Origin: Candidatus Poribacteria bacterium
Lineage (GTDB): Bacteria > Poribacteria > WGA-4E > WGA-3G
Assembly (NCBI GenBank): GCA_963663765.2
Contig: CAXXUA010000004.1
Location: forward strand, 832,001 to 896,000
Direction of reading: 5' to 3'
DNA length: 64,000 nt
Shown here piece by piece: positions 50,107 to 60,002 of the stretch (the first letter of the stretch is position 1; each line of letters starts with the position of its first letter). The translations under genes and the position numbers were made by a program. Under the pieces are notes generated by a model. That model did not search any database, had not been told where the DNA came from, and saw nothing but the letters and a program-made list of their open reading frames with translations.

Positions 50107-52146
50107 CTACAGGTAAGGTCTCATATCCCAAAGCACGATAGTACCATCAAAACTACCACTTGCCAGTAGTGTGCCATCTGGCGAGAATGCCAATGACTGA
50201 ATATCTGTCGGATGTCCCCAGAGAGTAGTTATGTTCTCTCCACTTGCAACATCCCATAACCTAATTGCCATTTTCTCCATTCCCTTCTGCCACCATGTGC
50301 CTGATGTAAGATAACGTCCACACGGTGAAAATGTCAGAGCATAAGGCTTTTCTGTTTGAAACTGCGGTATTGCAAATAGCGTTGTCAAACTTTCGGCACA
50401 CCACAAACGCAATTCACCGTACATTCCACCAGCAATCACTTTCCCACACGGCGAAAATGCTATCTTCATAAGTATACCACGTTCCTTCAAAGACAATGTG
50501 GTAATCTCTTTGCTTGTCTCTACGTCCCACAGTCGAGCAGTTCTATCACTTGAACCACTTACGAGTCTTTTACCATCTGGTGAATATTTCACTGACCAAA
50601 TAAAATCTGTATGTCCAGTAAATGGCTTTAACTTTTCCTTATTTTTGAAATCCCATTGATAGATTGTACCTTCTCTACTTCCAACTGCAAGTTGATCGCT
50701 TGTCGGTGAAAATGCTATTTTCCATGTCAATTGTGCCTGTTCGGTAAATTCAGCGATCGGTTCGTCAGGTTTCCCAGCATCCCACACACAGCCATAGTCG
50801 TCGTTGGATCGGATATATGCACCGATGATGTTTCCGCAAGGTAAAACGGAAAAAGAAGTTATCCTCGTGTTCTCCAGTATTGTATCCTGCACCTGTTTAC
50901 TCTCAACATCCCATAGTGCAATTCCCCTATGATCACTCGTGCTTGCAAGTGTCTTTCCATCCGGTAAAAACAGTACAGGTTGCGGAACATGATTAAATCT
51001 ACGAAGTGTTGTGGTTAAGTGTGTGTGGTACCCCACCTCTGACTCTTTGCTCAGTGTAAAGTCTGTAAGAGCCAGCTGTGGGAACTCTCTAAACCACATC
51101 GCATCAATACTACGGGGATGAATTGCTGGAATGCAAAGTTTTTCTCTACGTTCAACATTCCAGACATCAACAGTATCTTCTCCATTCACAATCGCGAACA
51201 ACTCACCTTCTTCGGAATAGAATGGAACTATCCGAGTCGATCCAAAATCAGTATAAACCTCCTTTTGCTTACCCTTTGCTATGTCCCAGACGCGTAAGCT
51301 TTTATCTCTACTACTCGATGTGATGAATTTTTTACAAGGTGAGAAGGTGATATAATCTACCCAGTCCTTATGACCAATGAAATGTGCAATGCGTTCACCT
51401 GATACTATATCCCAGACTGAGACACATTGTGCAACCCAACCGGTATCGCTGGTGGATTCGTCAGGGGTCGCTGCTGCCAGTAGGTGGTTATCTTGCGAAA
51501 AGATTCTATTTACTCCTGCGAACTTGAATATTAATTCACCAGTCTCAGGACACCAGATGTAAGTTTGCGTACCTTCTGTGCCAAGGTTATCTGCAGTTGC
51601 AGCAACGTATTGTCCATTTGGAGAAAATTCCAAATCGTAAATATCCGCTGAAGTAACTTCACGTTCTCCTCGGTCCATCTGTGCGATGCAAACATCTTCA
51701 TGGACATCCAAAACCTCAACGATTCCTTTCTGATTTGCCGTGACAATCCACTTACTATCAGGGGAAAATGAAACATGCCAATAGATATTTTGTTCTTGCA
51801 TTCGTTTCATCTGTCCTAAACATTCTCCACTCTGAGCATCCAGCAATTTGACTATACCGTCATAATTGGCAACAGCAATCCACTCTCCATTTGGTGAAAA
51901 ATCCAGAGTGGAAATCATCCCTCGTTCTGTTTCCCACAATGCGATAGGTAACTTTGACGACATTTCATACCACCAAAGTCCCACAAGTGTACCGACAGCA
52001 AAGTACTTACTTTTAGGGGAAAGTGCTATTTTATGACTTCTTCCTTTCCCCAACCGAGCGATTGCGTTTTCTGGCAGTACCCATGTCGTTCCTTCAGTGT
52101 CCCTCAGCACAACATTGAATGGTGCCGGTCTTCTATTTTGTTTCAT
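50107..52146 (-). CDS. WD40-repeat (double beta-propeller-like) protein
   Basis: Many GH...FSPDG...WD repeats and N-terminal WVLPENAIARLGKG. Confidence 0.9.
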   Translation of the reverse strand: MKQNRRPAPFNVVLRDTEGTTWVLPENAIARLGKGRSHKIALSPKSKYFAVGTLVGLWWYEMSSKLPIALWETERGMISTLDFSPNGEWIAVANYDGIVKLLDAQSGECLGQMKRMQEQNIYWHVSFSPDSKWIVTANQKGIVEVLDVHEDVCIAQMDRGEREVTSADIYDLEFSPNGQYVAATADNLGTEGTQTYIWCPETGELIFKFAGVNRIFSQDNHLLAAATPDESTSDTGWVAQCVSVWDIVSGERIAHFIGHKDWVDYITFSPCKKFITSSSRDKSLRVWDIAKGKQKEVYTDFGSTRIVPFYSEEGELFAIVNGEDTVDVWNVERREKLCIPAIHPRSIDAMWFREFPQLALTDFTLSKESEVGYHTHLTTTLRRFNHVPQPVLFLPDGKTLASTSDHRGIALWDVESKQVQDTILENTRITSFSVLPCGNIIGAYIRSNDDYGCVWDAGKPDEPIAEFTEQAQLTWKIAFSPTSDQLAVGSREGTIYQWDFKNKEKLKPFTGHTDFIWSVKYSPDGKRLVSGSSDRTARLWDVETSKEITTLSLKERGILMKIAFSPCGKVIAGGMYGELRLWCAESLTTLFAIPQFQTEKPYALTFSPCGRYLTSGTWWQKGMEKMAIRLWDVASGENITTLWGHPTDIQSLAFSPDGTLLASGSFDGTIVLWDMRPYL

Positions 52147-52179
52147 ATATTAACTCCTTGGTTTAGTTTTTATGTATTT

Positions 52180-52301
52180 CAGGACTTACGCAGTTTTCTT
52201 GATTTAATCAAATATTATGTTGAAAATGATGCAATTATCAGCGTTTTTATGGGTTTCCAGCGCGCTTACAAAGCACGTCTACCTTTTTTGCGTAAGTCCT
52301 G
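52180..52301. mobile_element. MITE family D copy 3 (inverted)
   Basis: Same TIRs and a 5-bp direct repeat TATTT. Carries CAGCGCGCTTACAAAGCACGTCTACC, the unit of the 41.6 kb array. Confidence 0.88.
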
Positions 52302-52348
52302 TATTTATAAGATTGTAGCTGGAAATTGCATCTATACACGCTGAGGAA

Positions 52349-54361
52349 CTAACTTTGGATATAAGGTTTCATATCCCAAAGCAGAATGGTACCATCATAC
52401 CCGCCACTTGCCAATACGGAACCATCAGGTGAAAATGCCAGACATTGGATATCTGACGGATGTCCTCGGAAATCTGTGATTTTTTCACCGGTCTTAACAT
52501 CCCACAACAACACCGGACACTTCTTAATACCGAAGTCACGTATCCACCACGCACCAGAAGCCAAATAGCACCCACACGGTGAAAAGGCTAACGCATAAGG
52601 ATATACACTATCTTGTGGTAGCGGTAGTGTCAAAACGATCTCACAATGGACGGTGTCCCATAACAGAAGTTCTCGAATTCTTCCACAAGCTATCAGACGA
52701 CTGCAATCAGAAAAGGCAATTGCACGAATTTATTTTGGGAACGCTTCAATAGACTCACCACTTTCAACATCCCACATTCGGGATTTAGGTCCAGTGCTGC
52801 TAATGCTTACCAGCAGTTTTTCATTTGGACTAAAAGCAAGTGAATACGTCCCTTCAGCATGCGCTTTGAACGCATGCTGTATGTGCTGTTTCTGCACATC
52901 CCACACATACAGCATGCCATCACTATCCGTGCATGCCAGTTTGTTGCTTTTGTGTGCGAATACTGCCGTTGATACTTGCCGTTCTTGTTCGGTAAGTCGT
53001 CTTTTTTCGTTAGGAAGGGTAAAAGTTGCAACTGGAGTCTCTGCATTTCCAATATCCCAGACCTTTGCAATTGAACCGTCACGACCAGCTGCATAGATTT
53101 TTCCCTGTGACGACACAGAGACATTAAATTTTCTTCCAGGTAGATTGAAACTGGATGGTGGTAAGAAAGGTAGGGTAATATCCCATAACCTTACCTTCCC
53201 GTTTTCGCTCCTATACCCGCCTACAAGCGTTTTTCCATCTGGGGTAAAAACCAGCGAAAAAGGAACGCCAGTATGTAAATGTGGAGACAAATGTGGTTCG
53301 GAATTTCCCATCGTCCATTTCCGAAATTCACGGGGATTCTTGGAAGCTAAAACATAAGAAGTGCCCTTTGGAACGTGTGCACCCTGGAGAGAATTATGTT
53401 CTTCAAGGAAGAGGTTACCCTTTTCACCATGCGCTATGTCCCACACTATTAAGGCATCATCAGACATCTCTAAAGCATACAGCATGCCCTCTGGTGAATA
53501 AAAGACCTTCTTCCATTCCGTGCCAAGATTTTGAAATGTATGGAGCAACTCCCAATTTATGACTGACCAAACTCGAATTGCGCCATCTCGTCCACCAGAT
53601 GCAAGGAACTGTCCACAGGGTGAAAAGACAACACTATAAACAAAATCAGGATGTTCTGTAAGACAAGTGAGTTGCTCACCTGTTTTTATATTCCATATAA
53701 CGATATAGTTGGAAGTGTGTTCGGTTTTAGGGATTCTTGGGATTCTCCAACCGCGATCTGCATGTGTGAATAAACGTTCATCAGACATTGTACAAGCGAT
53801 TAAACTGCTATCCGGAGAGAAGGCAATAGGACGTCGTAGAATAGGTTCCCAGATATAATTGGTATTGTCGTGAAATTTTGCAATCAGCTCCCATGTTTCA
53901 GTATTCCAGACATATAAGATGTAGTCACGCTTATTGGAAACAGCGAGAAGCTGACTATCAGGCGAGAAGACGATGTGGGAGACATAATCGTAAGATCTCT
54001 CCGCTTCATCTCGTTCCATTTGAGAAATGCAAACACCTCTCTGCCAATCCCATACCTTGACGAGGCCGTCTCCATCGGCTGTAGCAAGCCACTTGCCGTT
54101 TGGTGAAAAGGAGACAGCATCAATATATCCCCTATCAGTTTCCCAGAGATCAATAGGAACCATAGTGGATAAATCATACCACCATATCCCTATAGAACTC
54201 CCGCATGCAAAGTGTTTTCCATCAGGAGAATATGATGTGGTATCAGGTATTATTAACCCTTGCCCGAATCGTGCAATAGCGCCATCAGGAAGTTCCCAGG
54301 TGGTTATATCATTGTTTTTAATTTGCCCTAAAGCAGACGACCAGACTGCACTCTTTTGCAT
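52349..54361 (-). pseudogene. WD40-repeat protein gene with one in-frame TAA at 52730-52732
   Basis: The frame continues FPK*IRAIAFSDCSRLIACG...WDMKPYIQS and is collinear with paralog 50107..52146. Confidence 0.8.
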
Positions 54362-54379
54362 ATAATTGTCCTCTTAATA

Positions 54380-54536
54380 ATACCATTTTCATGTGATAAT
54401 GTCTCATTAGCAGCGGAAATCTGGTAGGAGCGACCTCACGGTCGCGACCGGGAGGTCGCTCCTACCAAAGAGAGTAACCCCCTGCCAGTAAACAGTAGAA
54501 TTCCTTAATGAGACAAGATTTATTTGAATTGGTATA
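54380..54536. mobile_element. MITE family A copy 3 (inverted)
   Basis: Reverse complement of 37327-37483, ending about 19 bp upstream of the WD40 start. Confidence 0.88.
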
Positions 54537-54705
54537 ATATGGCACTCGTCATTCAACTATACGCATTCTTGGATGCACTTATGTTTCTTACACCGAACAT
54601 AACGAGATGGTTGCAGGGTGTGAAAAGAATTTGTACTGAAATTTGCAATCAATCCAAATACACAATATACTTATTGGAAATCCCAATAACCAAACACCAA
54701 AAAAA

Positions 54706-54981
54706 CGAGTTGTGCTAAATAACTATATGTTAACCATTGTTTCACATAAGCATGACGTTTTGCAGGTGTCCTTCATAGTTTGAAACGATCTTCAGTCCCG
54801 ACAAATGCCATACGGGGAATGCCTTAATGGCATTCATACCCGGGGAATGCCAAAAGGCATTCATACCGTTGATTTCTTGATTTGGCGCATTTGGCGTTGA
54901 TTTGGTAGGGACGATATGTGCGCATTATAAACCTAATATATGTAATAACTTTGAAAACAATGGATTAACTGGCACAAGTCG
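54706..54981. mobile_element. MITE family G copy with a triple nested micro-insert (54800-54904)
   Basis: CGAGTTGTGCTAA...TGGCACAAGTCG. The REP AGTCCC^GTAGGGAC is split by 105 bp. Confidence 0.8.
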
Positions 54982-55153
54982 TTACTATAAGAATACATTA
55001 TGACATTTGAATTCCTCTGACTTTACACACCCAAACTTGAAGTACTATTTCACTTTAAGTTAAACTGATTAAACGACACTCTACTTTTCACGTCAAAATG
55101 AATACTCGTTCTAAATCCACGGAACGAGAAAGTTTTCCTGGAGGATACTCACC

Positions 55154-56917
55154 ATTCGCAGTCTATTCGGTCTGAAAAAATACGTCAAAAGATATAGATA
55201 CGCCATTCTGCTTAGTTTCATTTTAGTGATTCTGACTAATGGGTTGCTGCTAATTAGTCCAATAATATTACGAGTATTTTTTAATGAGTTAGAACAGGAT
55301 TTTAGAAACCCAGAATTTTCAATCACTCAGAACCGTGTACTATTTTTTGCAGCCCTCATATTTGGCGTTGCATTCGTAGGGGGTATATTCCGTTTCGGAC
55401 AACGACGTATTATCCAAGGCGTCGCAAGACAGATAGAATTCCATCTACGTGCGGACTTTTTTCTCCATCTGCAAAAACTCTCCGCTTCATATTTTAGCAA
55501 CATCCGAACAGGCGATCTGATGACGCGCGCTACAAGCGATCTGAATGCTATTCGAATGGTGCTGAGTAGTGCTATCATATATACTGCTGATGCAATAGTG
55601 TTTTTCGGGTTTGCACTGGTTATTATGGTTCGCATTGATACATCTCTGACGCTTGTTGCCTTGTTGCCGTATCCGATTCTTGCATTTATTATACGTCTGC
55701 TTGGTAAACACATACACGCACATTACGAACGGATACAAGGGGCGTTTTCTACGATGAATACCAAGGTGCAAGAGAACTTATCAGGTGTACGTGTCGTCAA
55801 AGCGTATACACTTGAGCAGAATGAGGTCGAACATTTCAAGGAATTGAATCAAGAGTTTGTACATCGAAACCACAAACAGATACGTCTGATGACCTTTTTC
55901 TTCCCATTGTTTCGGTTCTTGCCGGGAATAGGTGGTGTTGTACTTCTATGGATGGGAGGAACCCATGTGATTCAGCAGAAAATTACATTGGGTGACTTTG
56001 TTGCTTTCAATGCTTATCTCATGATGCTTGTGCGTCCAATGATAATGCTGGGTTTTATTGTTAATACCTTTGAACGTGGGGCTGCATCAATGGGCAGGAT
56101 AAACGCTATCCTGAGTGAAAATCCAGAAATATACGATGGCGAAAATGTCCAATATAATAAAAAAAGCATTGAAGGTGAAATAACATTAAAGAACCTGAAT
56201 TTCAGTTATCCTGATGGACAGTCTGTCCTAAAAGACATTAACCTAACTATACAAAAAGGCACTACACTTGCGATTGTTGGGGGAACAGGTTCAGGGAAAT
56301 CAACGCTCGTAAATCTTATTCCGCGCATTCGACAAACTGAACGAGGAACAATTTTTATTGATGGTGTGGATATACAGGACATTCCCCTAAACGTTCTCCG
56401 TTCCAATATCGGTTTTGTTGAACAGGAACCTTTCTTGTTTTCTGATTACTTAAGGTATAATATCGCTTATGGTGTTGATACACCAGACGATGACGCAATC
56501 AGGAATGCTGCACATACTGCTGACTTATTGGCACAAATTGAGGAATTTCCAGATGGCTTGCAAACCTTCCTTGGAGAACGTGGTATAACGATTTCTGGTG
56601 GACAACGCCAACGCAGCGCACTTGCACGCGCTATACTGATTAAACCAAAAATCCTTATCCTTGACGATGCATTTGCAAATGTGGATACACAGACTGAGGA
56701 TACAATATTAAACAGGTTATCAGAAATTATGAAAGATAGGACGACGATACTTATTTCACACAGGATTTCTACTGTAAAAAATGCGGATCACATCATCGTA
56801 TTGAACGATGGGAGTATTGTTGAATCTGGGACGCATGAACAACTCCTTGACAAGCGCGGGATTTATGCTGGTATCTATGAAACACAACTGTTACAGGATG
56901 AACTTGAAGAACTATAG
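55154..56917 (+). CDS. ABC exporter permease/ATP-binding subunit 1 (start uncertain: ATT 55154 or GTG 55226)
   Basis: TM domain, RTGDLMTRATSD, GGTGSGKST, ISGGQRQR and LDD. Confidence 0.9.
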   Translation: MRSLFGLKKYVKRYRYAILLSFILVILTNGLLLISPIILRVFFNELEQDFRNPEFSITQNRVLFFAALIFGVAFVGGIFRFGQRRIIQGVARQIEFHLRADFFLHLQKLSASYFSNIRTGDLMTRATSDLNAIRMVLSSAIIYTADAIVFFGFALVIMVRIDTSLTLVALLPYPILAFIIRLLGKHIHAHYERIQGAFSTMNTKVQENLSGVRVVKAYTLEQNEVEHFKELNQEFVHRNHKQIRLMTFFFPLFRFLPGIGGVVLLWMGGTHVIQQKITLGDFVAFNAYLMMLVRPMIMLGFIVNTFERGAASMGRINAILSENPEIYDGENVQYNKKSIEGEITLKNLNFSYPDGQSVLKDINLTIQKGTTLAIVGGTGSGKSTLVNLIPRIRQTERGTIFIDGVDIQDIPLNVLRSNIGFVEQEPFLFSDYLRYNIAYGVDTPDDDAIRNAAHTADLLAQIEEFPDGLQTFLGERGITISGGQRQRSALARAILIKPKILILDDAFANVDTQTEDTILNRLSEIMKDRTTILISHRISTVKNADHIIVLNDGSIVESGTHEQLLDKRGIYAGIYETQLLQDELEEL

Positions 56918-56931
56918 AGAGGAATCTTACT

Positions 56932-58749
56932 ATGTTTGGCATGGGTAGCAACCTATATGAATATAGTGATGAAGAACAAGAACTTGGAAAAGTCTACGAT
57001 TGGGATTTGTTGAAACGTTTGCTCGCATATCTCAAACCATATACTTTTCAGTTGTTTTTCATTGCTTTTCTTATGATAGGTACCACACTTACGCGTTTGG
57101 TTGGTCCCTTCTTGATGCAAATTGCAATTGATAGTCATATTATCCCTGGTGAGTTAGAAGGTTTGGGGTTAATCGCTGCTTTTCTTATTTTTGCATTGGT
57201 TGGTGAGTTTGTGTTTGCTTACTTTGAAGAGTATCGTATCCAAATGATCGGGCAACATGTCATGCACGATCTCCGTCAGACGCTCTTCTCACATCTACAA
57301 CGATTGGACGTACAGTATTTTGACAAGAACCCTGTGGGTAGATTGATGACACGCGTCATGGGTGATGTTCAGGTACTAAACGAACTTTTTACATCTGGTG
57401 TCATTACGGTTTTTGGAAATTTGCTGAGTATACTGGGTATAATGGTAGCGATGTTATTATACAATTGGAAACTAGCGTGTGTTACATTCACGGTTATCCC
57501 AATTATTTTTGGAGCGACACTTGTCTACCAAATATACTCAAGACGTGCTTTCCGTGAACAACGTAAGCAGCTGGCACGTATCAATGCGTTCCTTCAGGAA
57601 AACATCGTTGGGATGACGACGATGCAGTTGTTTACACAGGAACGTAGAAGTTATCACCGTTTCAACGAACGCAACCGTAGGTATCTTGCAGCAAATCTTC
57701 GTAGTATTTTTTATTTTTCTATATTTCATCCAATGATAGAAGTAACCGCGTCTCTTGCGACAGCAGTGATTATCTGGTATGGGGGCGGACAGATTGTGCA
57801 AGCAGTATTGACATTTGGTGTGTTGGTTGCGTTTATACGTTATGCTGAACGTTTCTTCTGGCCGATACGCGAACTCAGTGAAAAATATACTATCTTTCAG
57901 AACGCAATGGCTTCCTCAGAACGTATATTCCAGCTCTTGGACACAGAACCGTCTATTGTTTCTACTGTAGATAAAAGCGGTACAGATACACTGAAGGGTG
58001 AGATTGAATTTCGGAACGTCTGGTTTGCATATAACGATGAGGATTATGTCCTGAAGGATGTCTCATTCAAGGTGAAACCAGGAGAGAAGGTCGCACTTGT
58101 TGGACACACTGGTGCAGGAAAAACCTCTATTATCAACCTATTATGCCGATTCTATGAGATAAACAAAGGACAGATCCTGATTGATGGCAAAGACCTTAGA
58201 GATATGAATTTGGATGAACTGCGGAAAGCTATCAGTATCGTGCAGCAGAATATCTTTCTATTCTCCGATACCATTGAACGGAATATCAGTTTAGGTAATC
58301 CATCTATATCATCTGAGAAGGTTGTACGCGCTGCAGAAGATGTGCATTTGGATCGGTTTATACAAAAGATGCCTGACGGTTATCAAACAGAGATTAAGGA
58401 GGATGGCGGTGGATTATCCGTTGGGCAGAAGCAGTTGGTTGCATTCGCACGTGCCTTAGCTTCCGATCCAAGTATCCTCATTCTTGACGAGGCAACCTCA
58501 AGTGTTGATACGGAGACAGAAATACTCATTGAGGATGCACTCAGTCACCTGATGGAAGAACGTACATCTGTAGTTATAGCACACCGTCTTTCCACAATTC
58601 AGAACGCTGATAGAATCATCGTGATGCATCGAGGGGAAATTCGTGAAACTGGCACACATAATGAGTTGTTACTGAAAGAGGGTATCTATTATCGGTTGTA
58701 TCAACTGCAATACAAAGGTCAGGAAGCAGAAAGACTGAAAACTGCTTAA
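56932..58749 (+). CDS. ABC exporter permease/ATP-binding subunit 2 (heterodimer partner)
   Basis: PVGRLMTR, GHTGAGKTS, LSVGQKQL, LDEATSSVD and IAHRLST. Confidence 0.92.
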   Translation: MFGMGSNLYEYSDEEQELGKVYDWDLLKRLLAYLKPYTFQLFFIAFLMIGTTLTRLVGPFLMQIAIDSHIIPGELEGLGLIAAFLIFALVGEFVFAYFEEYRIQMIGQHVMHDLRQTLFSHLQRLDVQYFDKNPVGRLMTRVMGDVQVLNELFTSGVITVFGNLLSILGIMVAMLLYNWKLACVTFTVIPIIFGATLVYQIYSRRAFREQRKQLARINAFLQENIVGMTTMQLFTQERRSYHRFNERNRRYLAANLRSIFYFSIFHPMIEVTASLATAVIIWYGGGQIVQAVLTFGVLVAFIRYAERFFWPIRELSEKYTIFQNAMASSERIFQLLDTEPSIVSTVDKSGTDTLKGEIEFRNVWFAYNDEDYVLKDVSFKVKPGEKVALVGHTGAGKTSIINLLCRFYEINKGQILIDGKDLRDMNLDELRKAISIVQQNIFLFSDTIERNISLGNPSISSEKVVRAAEDVHLDRFIQKMPDGYQTEIKEDGGGLSVGQKQLVAFARALASDPSILILDEATSSVDTETEILIEDALSHLMEERTSVVIAHRLSTIQNADRIIVMHRGEIRETGTHNELLLKEGIYYRLYQLQYKGQEAERLKTA

Positions 58750-58771
58750 GTCATCTTGCAAACACATGATA

Positions 58772-59164
58772 CAGGGTTATTCAGTTTTAGGAGTTTTCTG
58801 TTATTGAGATTTACTGAAAGTTAATACCCAAATGAGGTTTCCTAACTGCACCTTATACATCAATTTTAGATTATTGAAACATGAACATTGCTCTTTAGTC
58901 CCGACAAATGCCATACGCGCATTTGGCGTTGATTTGGTAGGGACGATATGTTTATAGAAAACGAATACCCTCCCCAGCTCTTTAGTCCCGTAGGGACGAT
59001 ATGTTTATTCTTCTATGCCGTTCCTACGGAACTCAAGAGAGTTAGATAACATTTTTCTATAAACATATCGTCCCTACGGGACTAAAGACACGGACAAGAT
59101 GGCATCACATAAATTAACGTCATAGCAAAAAATCATCAAAAATACCTAAAACTAAATAACCCTG
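58772..59164. mobile_element. MITE family E with a 9-bp target duplication, multiple GTAG REPs and an X insert (58903-58936)
   Basis: TIR CAGGGTTATT(C/T)AGTTTTAGG with a perfect flanking direct repeat CACATGATA at 58763-58771 and 59165-59173. Confidence 0.88.
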
Positions 59165-59175
59165 CACATGATAAT

Positions 59176-59938
59176 CTATGGTAGATTATGAAATAAATCA
59201 CATACATAACAGGTAGGAGCGACCTCACGGTCGCGACCGTCTCCTGCGTCGGTAGGAGCAACCTCACGATCGCGACCGTCTACTGTGTGGGTAGGAGCGA
59301 CCTCACGATCGCGACCGTCTCCTGTGTGGGTAGGAGCGACCTCACGATCGCGACTATCCCCTGCGTCGGTAGGAGCAATCTCCCGATCGCGACCATCCCC
59401 TGCGTCGGTAGGAGCAATCTCCCGGTCGCGACCGTCCTCTGCGTCGGTAGGAGCAACCTCACGGTCGAGACCGTCTCATGAGTGGGTAGGAGCAACCTCA
59501 CGGTCGAGACCGTCTCATGAGTGGGTAGGAGATACCTCCCGGTCGCGACCATCCCCTGCGTCGGTAGGAGCAACCTCACGATCGCGACCGTCTACTGTGT
59601 GGGTAGGAGCAACCTCACGATCGCGACTATCCCCTGCGTGGGTAGGAGCAATCTCCCGGTCGCGACCGTCCCCTGCGTGGGTAGGAGCAACCTCACGATC
59701 GCGACCATCCCCTGCGTCGGTAGGAGCAACCTCACGATCGCGACCGTCTACTGTGTGGGTAGGAGCGACCTCCCGGTCGCGACCGTCCCCTGCGTGGGTA
59801 GGAGCAACCTCACGATCGCGACCGTCCCCTGCGTGGGTAGGAGCGACCTCCCGGTCGCGACCGTATTGAGACCATGTATCAAAACATTTGCTCCTACAAC
59901 TCAGAATGTAGTAGAATTAATTGTATAATCTACCATAG
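59176..59938. mobile_element. MITE enclosing the 39-bp array
   Basis: Perfect 14-bp TIR CTATGGTAGATTAT/ATAATCTACCATAG. Confidence 0.7.
59212..59864 (+). repeat. Tandem array of a 39-bp REP-like unit, 17 copies
   Basis: GGTAGGAGC(G/A)ACCTC(A/C)CG(G/A)TCGCGACC plus an 11-12 bp variable linker at an exact 39-bp period. Confidence 0.95.
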
Positions 59939-60002
59939 TAATACCTGTGAATATTGTGTCTGATTAATTTCATAGAATTCACAATGTGATTGAGTGTGTA
60001 TA

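Noticed and set aside
52730-52732. Recoded stop (Sec or Pyl) in the WD40 gene
   Set aside because: The codon is TAA, not TGA or TAG, and there is no redox motif.
59212-59864. CRISPR array, or the ORFs 59280..59579, 59285..59869 and 59521..59928
   Set aside because: The 11-bp linkers recur, and a 39-bp stop-free unit opens several frames automatically. There is no RBS or domain evidence.
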